64,000 nucleotides of DNA. Source: an uncultured Bacteroidales bacterium (GTDB taxonomy: Bacteria > Bacteroidota > Bacteroidia > Bacteroidales > GCA-2748055). Every line of letters begins with the position of its first letter. Positions within the stretch are counted from its first letter, which is position 1. The DNA lies in contig CAVXSF010000033.1 of assembly GCA_963764345.1 (NCBI GenBank), positions 7,931 to 71,930 of the forward strand, written 5' to 3'. A program made the translations under genes and the position numbers. Positions 1 through 10,444 of this stretch are shown here, one piece after another. The notes below the pieces were generated by a model. That model did not search any database. It saw only the letters and a list, made by a program, of their open reading frames with translations, and had not been told where the DNA came from.

Positions 1-1
1 T

Positions 2-148
2 GATGATGTAATTGTGCCTACTGCCGGTTCCTGTGGCGTCGCGAAAGAGCGTATGGAAAGCAAAGAAAATATTAAATGCTACGATTGGTTCTTCTGCACC
101 AAACCAATCAGCAAAGAAGAGGTTGAAAAAACAATTTTAAAAAAGTAA
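2..148 (+). CDS. 3' end of hypothetical protein (runs in from window edge)
   Basis: Open frame DDVIVPTAGSCGVAKERMESKENIKCYDWFFCTKPISKEEVEKTILKK*, with the stop 1 bp before the next ATG. Confidence 0.7.
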   Translation, partial: DDVIVPTAGSCGVAKERMESKENIKCYDWFFCTKPISKEEVEKTILKK

Positions 149-149
149 G

Positions 150-515
150 ATGATGAATAAGAAAATTGCCATACCCATCGAAAATGGAGTATTATGTGCT
201 CATTTTGGGCATTGCCAGACATTTGCCATCGTAAATGTTGAAAATAATGAAATAACAGAGATAAAAGAAGTAATCCCCCCTGAACATGTACCGGGATTGT
301 ATCCCCGTTGGGTTGCCCAGTTTGGCGTTACCGACGTAATTGCAGGAGGCATGGGACAACAGGCAATAATGCTGTTCAATCAGCAAAATATCAATGCTTT
401 TGTTGGCGCACCAATAAAATCAGCCAAAGAATTGGTCAGTGAATTTTTGGAAAACAAGTTAAATCTTAGCGCCAATTACTGCAATCATGACCATGACCAT
501 CACCACGAACACTGA
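150..515 (+). CDS. NifB/NifX family (dinitrogenase FeMo-cofactor-like) protein with His-rich tail
   Basis: KIAIP...HFGHC..F, VIAGGMG motif; C-terminus CNHDHDHHHEH. Confidence 0.85.
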   Translation: MMNKKIAIPIENGVLCAHFGHCQTFAIVNVENNEITEIKEVIPPEHVPGLYPRWVAQFGVTDVIAGGMGQQAIMLFNQQNINAFVGAPIKSAKELVSEFLENKLNLSANYCNHDHDHHHEH

Positions 516-1404
516 AATTGCAAGCATTGATTCGCAAAACAAACTTGATGATCGGTGTAAAAGTTGTTTCTTCAATACTTATCAAAGGTTGTTTGATAAG
601 TTTAATGTCGGAAAAGTACAACGTCAAAAGTTTCTTGTATTTTATGATGAAACAATAAATAATCACAACCACCTTTCCAGCCCTGAGATACAAAGGGAAT
701 TGAATAATATGTTTTGCGGAATTATCAATGTTTCCAATCCGTTTGAAGAAGAAAAAATAAACAGTAACGCTATTTCATTAGAGTTGTACAAGGAATGGAA
801 ACCGAAAGTGCTTTCATCGCATGACCCTTTTGATTTAGCGTTACGGCTTGCCATTGCAGGAAATATTATGGATTACGGAGCAAATAATAGTTTCGACGTG
901 CATGAGACTATAAATACTGTTTTAAAGGCTTCGTTTGCCACTGATGATTCAAAGCTTCTGAGGAACAAGATTAATAAGGCAAACAAGATTTTATACATTG
1001 GAGACAACGCAGGTGAAATTGTTTTTGATAAACTTTTCATAGAAACCGTTAAGCATCAAAATGTCATATACGCGGTTAAAGATGCTCCTGTGCTGAACGA
1101 TGTAACGATGACAGATGCTAAAGAGGTTGGGATGGATTTGGTTGCCGGAGTTATTTCAAATGGCTTTGATGCCCCTTCAACAGTCTTGCAGAAATGCAGC
1201 AAAGAATTTCAGGAGATTTATAATTCTGCAGACCTTATCATTTCAAAAGGACAGGGGAATTTTGAAGGTTTGATGCACCAAAATGATTCAAGAATATTTT
1301 TTCTTCTCATGGCAAAATGTAATGTTATTGGTGAAATTTTAAATGTTGAAAAAGGAAGTTTTGTTGTTTATAATCAAAGCGAAAAGTTAAATGCAAAAAA
1401 TTAA
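487..1404 (+). CDS. DUF89/ARMT1-like damage-control phosphatase (true start probably ~20 codons downstream)
   Basis: N-terminal CKSC; AIAGNIMDYG, GDNAGEIVFD, ISKGQGNFE motifs. Confidence 0.85.
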   Translation: MTMTITTNTEIASIDSQNKLDDRCKSCFFNTYQRLFDKFNVGKVQRQKFLVFYDETINNHNHLSSPEIQRELNNMFCGIINVSNPFEEEKINSNAISLELYKEWKPKVLSSHDPFDLALRLAIAGNIMDYGANNSFDVHETINTVLKASFATDDSKLLRNKINKANKILYIGDNAGEIVFDKLFIETVKHQNVIYAVKDAPVLNDVTMTDAKEVGMDLVAGVISNGFDAPSTVLQKCSKEFQEIYNSADLIISKGQGNFEGLMHQNDSRIFFLLMAKCNVIGEILNVEKGSFVVYNQSEKLNAKN

Positions 1405-1834
1405 AATCGGAATCATCATATGCGACCGTTACCATACATGTGCAGGCGGCAAGTGTTTTAGGGCTCTTCAAAACAAAGAAGGTGCTTTTAAAATGTATCA
1501 GGATCAAGAGGTAGAACTTGCAGCTTACACAACATGTGGGGGATGCCCTGGCGGAAATATCGAATATGCACCCGAAGAGATGAAAAAAAACGGGGTTACA
1601 CATGTCCATTTTGCCACCGGATTTTTGGTTGGCTTTCCTCCTTGTCCATATATGGAACACTTTGAAAAGTTTATAACTGAAAAATACGACATGAAAGTCA
1701 TTTTTGGCACACATCCTATTCCTCAGAAATATTATTTATCTCATAGCAAAATGAATACCTGGGATGGGAATTTTTTGAAGAAGAAAATCCAAAATACGTT
1801 ATGCGACGAAAGAACCAGATTAAACTATGATTAA
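1391..1834 (+). CDS. CGGC domain protein
   Basis: CAGGKC, TCGGCPG, HFATG..VG.PPCP, GTH motifs. Confidence 0.85.
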   Translation: MQKIKIGIIICDRYHTCAGGKCFRALQNKEGAFKMYQDQEVELAAYTTCGGCPGGNIEYAPEEMKKNGVTHVHFATGFLVGFPPCPYMEHFEKFITEKYDMKVIFGTHPIPQKYYLSHSKMNTWDGNFLKKKIQNTLCDERTRLNYD

Positions 1835-2711
1835 ACCTTTAAATATAAAAATTGCCATTGCCAGCGGAAAAGGAGGAACGGGTAAAACTCTGGTTTCTAC
1901 GAACCTGTTCTATGTGGTTCAACAACATAACTATCAAACTATATTGGTTGATTGCGATGCTGAAGAACCAAATGATATGGTGTTTTTTAAAGGAAATAAT
2001 GTAAAATCTGTTGAAGTAAACCAAAAAGTTCCTGTAATAGATGAGAGTAAATGTACTTTTTGCGGAAGATGTCACGAATACTGCAATTATAACGCAATTT
2101 TCATTTTACCCCCAACTAAAATCATTAAAGTAATCGAAGACCTTTGTCACGGGTGCGGAGCTTGTTCTGTTGCTTGTAATGATGATGCTATCCGTGAAAA
2201 AGATGTTTCACTTGGAACGGTGAGTTGCTTTAGCATTACCGAAAAATCTGCGATTATCGAAGCTAAAATGAAAGTAGGCGTTTTTTCACCTGTTTCAGTA
2301 ATTAAAGAAGCAATAAAAGAGGCAGGGAATGATGGAATAATCCTTTTAGACTCACCTCCGGGTACTTCATGCCCATTTATTCAGACCGTCGCCAGGGCCG
2401 ATTATGTTATATTGGTTACAGAACCCACTCCCTTTGGTTTAAGCGATTTAAAACAATCGGTTGAAACACTAAAGACAATGAATAAAACCTGTGGTGTAAT
2501 TATTAACCGTGCAGGACTTGGAGATAATGCCATATACAATTATTTAAAACAGGAGCATATACCCTTATTGATGGAAATACCCTTTGATAAAGCTATTGCT
2601 TCATATTATTCAAAAGGAGAAGTGGTTATCAAAAACAATCAGCAATTGCAGCATCAATTCATTTCAATGTTTAACTCAATCATTGACGAATATGGAAATA
2701 GCTGTAATTAG
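1827..2711 (+). CDS. MinD-superfamily P-loop ATPase with inserted 2x[4Fe-4S] ferredoxin domain
   Basis: SGKGGTGKT, DCDAEEPN, CTFCGRC..YC and CHGCGAC..AC, DSPPGTSCP. Confidence 0.9.
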   Translation: MIKPLNIKIAIASGKGGTGKTLVSTNLFYVVQQHNYQTILVDCDAEEPNDMVFFKGNNVKSVEVNQKVPVIDESKCTFCGRCHEYCNYNAIFILPPTKIIKVIEDLCHGCGACSVACNDDAIREKDVSLGTVSCFSITEKSAIIEAKMKVGVFSPVSVIKEAIKEAGNDGIILLDSPPGTSCPFIQTVARADYVILVTEPTPFGLSDLKQSVETLKTMNKTCGVIINRAGLGDNAIYNYLKQEHIPLLMEIPFDKAIASYYSKGEVVIKNNQQLQHQFISMFNSIIDEYGNSCN

Positions 2712-3559
2712 TGGTAAGGGAGGAACGGGTAAAAGCAGCATAAGTGCTGCCTTTGCAACATTATCCGAAAGAGTTGTTTTGGCTGATTGCGATGTAGATG
2801 CAGCTAATTTATATATTCTTTTCAATCCTGCTCATGAAGATGAACAGGATATATATTGGCGGACAAAAAGCAGAAATCAACGATTCATTGTGTTCAAATT
2901 GCGGGGTGTGCATAGATTATTGTCGTTTTGGCGCTATTTCTATTTTGAATGATAAAGTGATCATTTCAGAAATCTCATGTGATGGCTGTAAACTGTGCTC
3001 CCGTATATGCCCTACTGAGGCAATTACGATGATTGACAGCAATAAAAGCCGCATGTATGCAGGGATCTTTCGTAATGGGAAAATGGTATATGGCCGGCTT
3101 GCTCCGGGTGAAGATAATTCAGGAAAACTTGTAAATATTGTGCGCCAAAAAGCCAAAACAATAGCCAAATCAGAAAAAATTGATAAAATTATTATTGATG
3201 GACCTCCGGGTATTGGTTGTCCGGTAATTTCAACAATTACGGGCGTTGACCATGTGGTTATCGTAACTGAACCCAGTATCTCAGCAATGCATGATTTAAA
3301 AAGGACCATTGAAATCGTTTCAAAATTCAATTTAAAATCCTGGGTCATTATTAATAAATACGACCTGAATTTTGATATGGCAAATGAGATTGAAATGTAT
3401 TGTAACAATCTAAACATACCCATTGCCGGGAAATTTCCTTTTAATACACAAGTAGTCGAGGCAATGGTTCATTGCAAAAGTATAATGGAATACGCTCCTG
3501 CCTCCGGTTTTGCAACTGAAATCCGATCAGCCTATAAAATGATTACAGATGGACACTAG
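2692..3559 (+). CDS. Second MinD-superfamily ferredoxin ATPase, apparent 1-bp frameshift at ~2849
   Basis: MEIAVISGKGGTGKSS...DCDVDAANL in one frame continues as YIGGQKAEIN..CSNCGVC...CDGCKLC...DGPPGIGCP in another; removing one base in caggatatatattggc joins them. Confidence 0.85.
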
Positions 3560-3739
3560 CAAAGTATGCATTCATTTATATACAGACAATGGTTAGGGAG
3601 TATCCGCCACTTCAAGTCTGTCAGTAAGAGCCACAGGAGGGGGAAAAGAGTGCTTATTGCTGAAATAGTAATAGGAAACTGGATAATGATTGGCGGGTAA
3701 GGCTTGAGAAAAATTGCTCTAAATTTCATACAAATAAAC

Positions 3740-5119
3740 ATGAAAACAACAGATGTATTAATTATCGGTGGCAGTGCCGCCGGAATGGTCGCCGCAGTAA
3801 CGGGTAAATCCCATTGGCCAAAAAAAGAATTTATCCTTGTGAAAAAACAAAAGGAAATGATGGTTCCCTGCGGTATCCCATACATTTTTGGAACACTTGA
3901 CAGCAGTGATAAAAATCTGATGCCTGTTGACGCTTTGCTACAAAAAAGCGGAATCACTTCCTTAGTTGATGAAGCTGTTGATATAAATACCGGCAGCAAA
4001 GAAGTTCTGTTTGCAAGTGGCGAAAAAATCAGATATCAAAAACTGGTTCTTGCGACAGGCTCAACCCCTATGAAACCTAAATGGCTAATGGGTGCTGATC
4101 TGGACAATGTTTTTGTAGTCCCAAAAGACAAGGTGTATCTTGATGACATGATAAAAAAGCTGGCTAATACAAAAAATATTGCTGTGATCGGGGGTGGTTT
4201 TATCGGTGTTGAACTTTCCGATGAACTTTCCAAGCATGGCTATACGGTTACCCTGATTGAAAAAATGCCTAACATTCTCAACCTGGCATTTGATGTTGAA
4301 GTTGCAGAGAAAATTCACGAATTACTTTTAACCAGAGGGGTTAATATTATCGCAGGGAAAGGGATTTGCAAAGTAATCGGGACCAACAAGGTGGAAGCTA
4401 TTGAGCTGGAAGACGGACAAAAGATGGATATGGACGCTGTTGTGCTGTCAATAGGCTACAAACCGAATAGTATACTTGCTAAAAAGGCGGATATCTATGT
4501 CGATGAAGCCAATTTTATTGCTGTTGACGAGTATATGCGTACACATGTAAAAGATGTGTTTGCTGTTGGAGACTGTGCTCAAAAACGTGACTTTGTAACT
4601 CGAAGCAGGGTTTCAACCATGTTAGCATCAACTGCCGTTGCAGAAGCCAGAATTGCAGGGATGAATTTATTTAATCTGAACGTGGTTAAGACCTTTAGCG
4701 GAACAATTGCAATTTATTCTACAGCCGTTGGCAACACTGGCTTTGGAACTGCAGGTGTAACCGAGCAAAGAGCGAAAGAGGAAGGTATTGCTACGATTAC
4801 CGGACTCTTTGAGGGCGTTAACCGTCACCCGGGGAATTTGCCCGATGCCCACAAGCAAATTGTAAAACTTGTCGCTGCCAAAAATTCTGGCGTCATTATA
4901 GGTGGAGAGGTGATTGGTGGGGAAGAGGCTGGAGAATTAACCAATATAATAGGGTTAGCCATACAAAATCGCATGTCTGTAAATTCATTTTTAACTATGC
5001 AAATTGGCACGCATCCATGCCTGACCGCTTCTCCTGCTGCATATCCATTGATAAAAGCCGCTGAAATTATTGCCAACAAAATATTAAATAATATGAAAGA
5101 AGAAACTGAATCCATGTAA
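3740..5119 (+). CDS. FAD-dependent pyridine nucleotide-disulfide oxidoreductase (NADH oxidase/CoA-disulfide reductase family)
   Basis: IIGGSAAG FAD motif, single Cys in VPCGIPY, GGGFIGVE NAD motif, FAVGDC, C-terminal dimerisation domain. Confidence 0.9.
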   Translation: MKTTDVLIIGGSAAGMVAAVTGKSHWPKKEFILVKKQKEMMVPCGIPYIFGTLDSSDKNLMPVDALLQKSGITSLVDEAVDINTGSKEVLFASGEKIRYQKLVLATGSTPMKPKWLMGADLDNVFVVPKDKVYLDDMIKKLANTKNIAVIGGGFIGVELSDELSKHGYTVTLIEKMPNILNLAFDVEVAEKIHELLLTRGVNIIAGKGICKVIGTNKVEAIELEDGQKMDMDAVVLSIGYKPNSILAKKADIYVDEANFIAVDEYMRTHVKDVFAVGDCAQKRDFVTRSRVSTMLASTAVAEARIAGMNLFNLNVVKTFSGTIAIYSTAVGNTGFGTAGVTEQRAKEEGIATITGLFEGVNRHPGNLPDAHKQIVKLVAAKNSGVIIGGEVIGGEEAGELTNIIGLAIQNRMSVNSFLTMQIGTHPCLTASPAAYPLIKAAEIIANKILNNMKEETESM

Positions 5120-5919
5120 AATAATGTCGTGGTTCGCTCTTAAATAATCATCCCGAAGAAAAATATTCTACTTTCGGAAAAGGTGGAGGAACTATACTAA
5201 CCTCTGAGATAAATTCAATCTTGTTGGGTCAAATGCCTATAGCTGCAGAAGCAAACGAGGCTTCCGGAATAGCACTGAGCATCAACAACCAACCTGACAA
5301 ACAGTTATTTCACCATTCCGGGGCAGATATTTACCCGAATGGACTTCTGCTGTCAGTACTTCATCGTCTAAAGACTTGATGTCCGACAGTTTCGTTACCG
5401 GCATGTTGTCAAGAGCCAGACGAACATTGGTTCCGCTGTTCCTGATACAGGTGCCGCAGCAGGATCTTACATGTGAGGATCTGCTCAATCAACCTTATTA
5501 TTTATTTTACTCATCCCCTCCCCTCCTGAAATTCGCTAAAGAAAGCAGGCCGTTCTCAACTTTGGAGGACGGTCTGAAATGATATACTGACAGGATCAGT
5601 CGTGAAGAAACACGTTCCTGGTTGTCCGGCATGGTGACTTTCTTGGTAAAAACACCTTTAAAATAGGTATTAACTGGGAAATCGGGAAATACATGTCCAT
5701 TTCACCGCAAATCTATAGTTCAGGCGATTTTACAGAGCTTTATCCGGTAGTACGGCTTGGGATCGGTTTTTAGAATGACTATGGTTTGTGCTTATTCCTG
5801 TTATTATTTATAATTACAGGTGATAAGGAAACTTTCGGATGGGACGCCTGACTCGTTATATTTCATTAAATTTACAAGCCCGGTCTCTCTGAAAGTACCA
5901 TAAAATAACTGAGCCTTCG

Positions 5920-8353
5920 ATGAAAAAATACGTTATTCTCCTGATGTTGGCGGCACCATTTTTCTTCTGCCGTTGCACATCAAACTCCGGAAACCTCGAT
6001 GCCGGCTGGGATCATGCCGCGTGGATCGGTTATGAGCAGCTTCCCGACAGTATGAAGGTGGTGCCGGGCGTTCACGGGGATGGGAACGAACTGGGTGAAA
6101 AATGTCTGGAGCCGGCTGTTGTGCCTTTGTTCAGAAGGGATTTCAAAATTCAAGGGGATGTAAAGTCAGCCACCATAAGGATCTGCGGGCTGGGACATTA
6201 CGAACTGCACCTGAACGGCAGGAAAGTGGATGACCATTTCCTCTCGCCGGGATGGAGTCTTTACCAGAAAAAAAGTCTTTATAACACGGTTGATGTTACC
6301 GGCTATATTCAGAAAGGTGAAAATACTATCGGCGCCGTCGTAGGTACGGGCTTTTACTATATCAGTCGTGAACGGTACAGGAAACTGGTGGAAGCCTATG
6401 GTTATCCCAGGCTCATCTTTGACCTTGCCATCCGGTATGCCAATGGAAAGGAAGTCCATATCGTTTCTGACGGTCAGTGCCGGGTGAGCCCCTCCCCAAT
6501 TACTTTTAGCAGCATTTACGGCGGTGAGGATTATAATGCCACACTCGAACAGCCGGGATGGGACAACGCGGGATTTGACGATTCACACTGGAATGTCCCG
6601 GTTATCCTCCGCGATTCCACAGGGAAGCTCGTGCCTCAGAAAGACAACCCGCTCAAAGTGATGCAGATATTTGACATTAAGAAGATCTCCATCTCCAAAA
6701 CCGGGCGGACGGTTTATGATTTCGGGCAGAATGCCTCCGGGATCATTGCCTTGCAGGTCAAAGGGAACAAAGGGGCCCGTATCAGGATCACCCCGGGGGA
6801 ACTGACGGACAGCCTTGGGAATGTAACCCAGCGTAGCAGCGGAGGCCCTTATGAATTCAACTATACTCTGAAAGGCGACGGTGTGGAAGAATGGCAGCCC
6901 CGTTTCACCTATTACGGGTTCAGGTATGCGGATGTAGAGATTGATGAGCCGCAAAACGCCGGTACTAATACGGAAGTCCTCACCCTCAGGCTTCTTCATA
7001 CGCGTAATTCAGCTCCTTCAGCGGGTTCTTTCAGTTGCTCCGATACACTGTTTAACCAGTATCTTCGATCTGATCAACTGGGGCATAAAAAACAACCTGG
7101 CCAGCGTGGCCACCGACTGCCCGCATCGTGAAAAACTGGGCTGGCTCGAGCAGACCTACCTGATGGGACCTTCCATCCAGTATAATTTCGACATTCACAG
7201 TCTGTACAGCAAGATCATCGGCGACATGACGGACTCCCAGCTTGAAAACGGACTGGTGCCGGATATTGCCCCGGAATATGTGCCGTTCAAAGGCGGATTC
7301 AGGGATTCACCGGAATGGGGAAGTGCCGCCGTCATTATCCCCTGGCAGTTATACCGTTGGTACGGCGATAAAAAGATCCTGGAAAGCGCCTATCCCATGA
7401 TGGTAAAATATACGGCCTACCTTTACGGGAAGGCAACCGGCGATCTGCTCGATTATGGCCTGGGCGACTGGTATGACCTGGGGCCGAATCCTCCCGGTGA
7501 AGCCCAGCTTACCCCTAAAGGTGTTACCGCCACATCGATATTTTACTATGATCTTAAAATTATGGAGAAAGTCTCGGCCCTGCTTGGCTTTAACCAGGAT
7601 CAGACCGAATATGGAAAACTGTCGTCTGCCGTTCAGGATGCTTTCCTCAGAAAATACTATGACCCTGAAACCGGCGTTTGTTCCACCGGCAGTCAGACCG
7701 CTTATGCGATGCCGCTGTATGTGGGGCTGATCCCCGAAGATCACCGGGACCTGACATTCAGTAACCTGGCAGACTCCATTAAAAGCAACGGTTATGCCCT
7801 TACCTCCGGGGATATCGGCTACCATTTCCTGGTGGAGGTCCTAAGTGATCACGGAAGGTCGGATATTCTTTACCGGATGAATAACCGGACCGACCGGCCG
7901 GGTTACGGCTACCAGCTGAAGAAAGGAGCCACCGCACTCACGGAAAGCTGGGCAGCCCTTACAACTTCCTCGAACGACCACATGATGCTCGGACACCTAA
8001 TGCAATGGTTCTACAGCGGCCTGGGTGGCATTTCGCAGACGGAGCTTTCAGTGGCATACAATGATATTCTGATTGCCCCTAAACCGGTCGGCAACATTCA
8101 TTGGGTAAAATGTTCCTATCAGTCGGTTCACGGGATCATTTCAACGGACTGGAAGGTTGAAGGGGAAAATTTTTCGTTGGTGATAACGATTCCCGACAGC
8201 ACAACCTCCAGAGTTATACTTCCGGAAAACTATCGCAATGATCTGCACGTTTTCAACCTGACAACTGGTCAGGAGGGCCCTCCTCTTACCTCCAAAGGCA
8301 GTTTCAGTACCGGCCCCGGAACATTCAGGGTAGAGTCAAAACGGGGATCCTGA
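5920..8353 (+). CDS. GH78 alpha-L-rhamnosidase-like lipoprotein, apparent +1 frameshift at 7060
   Basis: ICGLGHYEL, YDFGQNASG, FTYYGFRY in the first frame; TDCPHREKLGWLEQ, GLGDWY, GATALTESW, SNDHMMLG in the second; an extra t in aaccagTatcttc. Confidence 0.88.
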
Positions 8354-8397
8354 TCCCGTTCCGGCCCTTACAGAGGTCGGAGGGTCAGAATCCCCGT
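8341..8397. terminator. Long hairpin between convergent GH78 and sulfatase genes
   Basis: acggggatcctga ... tcagaatccccgt (12/13 complementary) plus inner stem tccggccct/gaggtcgga. Confidence 0.55.
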
Positions 8398-8417
8398 CAC
8401 ATCCCGGATTTCTTGTA

Positions 8418-10049
8418 CTACTTTTTATCTTCTGTTTTAGGGTTTTGTTTTACCTTTTCGATGATCTCCTTCAATTCTGAAACTTTATCCGGCATTGCGG
8501 AATACAGGTTTTTAGATTCCGATTCATCATTTCCCAGGTTATAAAGCTGTGGATCAGTGATAAAAGGACCATTTGGATACCAGGTTTCATTCCAGTGAGG
8601 TGTAGCAGCTTCAATATATTTCCATTCTCCTTCTCTTTCCACCATAGCTCCGCTCCCACCCGAGCTGACGGTAAGCGAATTTCGTTTTTGCGGGGCGCTA
8701 TTATCCAGCAGGTTTGAGAGGAAGCTGTAACTATCCTCACCCTCGCCGGAGGTCAGGCTATCACCAAGCAGGTCGGCAAATGTAGCCAGCAGGTCGGTGG
8801 TACTGATCATGTTATGATTAATCATCCCGGGTTTGATCTTTCCGGGCCACCTTACAATGAAGGGAACACGCAATCCGCCTTCCCATGCATCCGATTTAAA
8901 TCCAAGGAAGTCACCAGATGCCTTGTGACCGTAGGTAAGCCATCCGGCTTTCCATGTCGGGTTGCCGTTAGGGTCCTGGTATTGAGGTTTATCGTCATCC
9001 ATGTAATCGTAATAAAACTCTCTGGCCAGGGTTGAATCCTTCTTATACATGTCAAGAGAAATGACCGGATCACCCGGACGCGGTCCATTATCGGATGTCA
9101 CGATAAGGAGGGTATTGTCGAGAGCATGATTCCTGACAAGGGCATCGACGACCTGTTTAACCGACCAGTCGAATTCTTCTACCATATCGCCGCGCAGTCC
9201 GGCCTGGCTTTGACCCTTTGTAATGGTAGGAAGACATGGCCTATGTGGGGCACTCGCCGGAAAATACAGGAAAAGGGGCTGGTCAGCGTCATTCTTAAAA
9301 TGATTGTCCACTACGGCTACAGCTTTCTCAGTCAGGACCCTGTTCACTGTACGGGAATCCCAGTTTGGCGCTTTCTCGCAATTCTCGTCGAAATCGTAAA
9401 CAACGCCCTTGGGTACGGATGGAGCTTCCACGATACTGTCATTTTCAATGAATGCGAAAGGGATCATATTGATCGAGCCTGCCATTCCATAGAAATAATC
9501 GAAGCCTCTGTCATTCGGTCCTCCCTTGATAGGTTTTGAAAAATCGATATAGTCCTGGGACGTCAGATCCCAGGATTTAAAGACGGATTTCTCAGGATTC
9601 GGCGGCGTACTGTCTTTCAGGGCCCAACCCAGGCCGAGGTGCCATTTACCCACACAGGCAGTATAATACCCATTCTTTTTAAGCAGGGAGGCAATGGTTG
9701 TCCTCTTTTCCCTGATCAGGGGCTGTGCATAGTAGGTCAGAACACCAAATTTAAGAGGCGTTCGCCAGGAATAGCGACCCGTAAGAATGCTGTATCGTGA
9801 TGGAGAACATAAAGAGGAAGCCACATAAGCATCAGTAAATTTAACCCCCTGTGAAGCCAGGGTATCAATTTCCGGAGTCCTGATCCTGGTTGCTCCATAA
9901 CAGCTCAGGTCTCCGTAGCCCAGATCATCCGCAACGATGAGAACAATATTCGGTGGCGTTTCCTTTGGTTTTTCCTGGCTACAGGAAAATGGCAGGACAG
10001 CCAGCAGAAGACCGGTTCCTTTCAATACTTTATTTACAATTGAGTTCAT
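8418..10049 (-). CDS. Arylsulfatase (S1 family, Cys-type) lipoprotein
   Basis: IVADDLGYGD, CSPSRYSILTGRY (CxPxR), GKWHLG, SDNG; lipobox PFSC. Confidence 0.92.
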   Translation of the reverse strand: MNSIVNKVLKGTGLLLAVLPFSCSQEKPKETPPNIVLIVADDLGYGDLSCYGATRIRTPEIDTLASQGVKFTDAYVASSLCSPSRYSILTGRYSWRTPLKFGVLTYYAQPLIREKRTTIASLLKKNGYYTACVGKWHLGLGWALKDSTPPNPEKSVFKSWDLTSQDYIDFSKPIKGGPNDRGFDYFYGMAGSINMIPFAFIENDSIVEAPSVPKGVVYDFDENCEKAPNWDSRTVNRVLTEKAVAVVDNHFKNDADQPLFLYFPASAPHRPCLPTITKGQSQAGLRGDMVEEFDWSVKQVVDALVRNHALDNTLLIVTSDNGPRPGDPVISLDMYKKDSTLAREFYYDYMDDDKPQYQDPNGNPTWKAGWLTYGHKASGDFLGFKSDAWEGGLRVPFIVRWPGKIKPGMINHNMISTTDLLATFADLLGDSLTSGEGEDSYSFLSNLLDNSAPQKRNSLTVSSGGSGAMVEREGEWKYIEAATPHWNETWYPNGPFITDPQLYNLGNDESESKNLYSAMPDKVSELKEIIEKVKQNPKTEDKK

Positions 10050-10444
10050 AACAGGTATGTATTTAAATAATTTATTTAAACAGCTGAGAGGCGAGAACTG
10101 AGGGTAGAATATTGCGACCGGGGGCGAAAGCTCTCAAATTGCTAACTTTACCGGGGCCGGTGAACGATGTACCCACAGATCTCGGGGTGACATCGGGTTG
10201 AAACAAAAGTTGGCAACCTGACTTATCCTGAAACACCCTGATATGAACTTTTATAAAAGACAGATTCATGGTTGACTTCCCCTCTTAAAATTCTCATTAC
10301 ACACTTCTTTCATTCGATTAAGAGATGCCGGGAGAACAAGACCAATAACCACAAAACACTCCGGAATTTGAGAATTACCGGAGGATTCCGAAGTGTTTTA
10401 CGGTTATTTGAAAGGGTTAATCAGGCCGCTAACTACAAGTTAAA

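Noticed and set aside
150-515. NifX-like gene as evidence of nitrogen fixation
   Set aside because: No nifHDK/ENB genes are in the window, and this family is widespread in non-diazotrophs.
5282-5582. Two short overlapping ORFs (68 aa each, opposite strands)
   Set aside because: No recognisable motifs or start context; they may be noise or a decayed gene.
10072-10440. GC-rich intergenic stretch as a riboswitch/ncRNA or small ORF
   Set aside because: I could not match a known RNA motif or a convincing fold; it needs an Rfam search.
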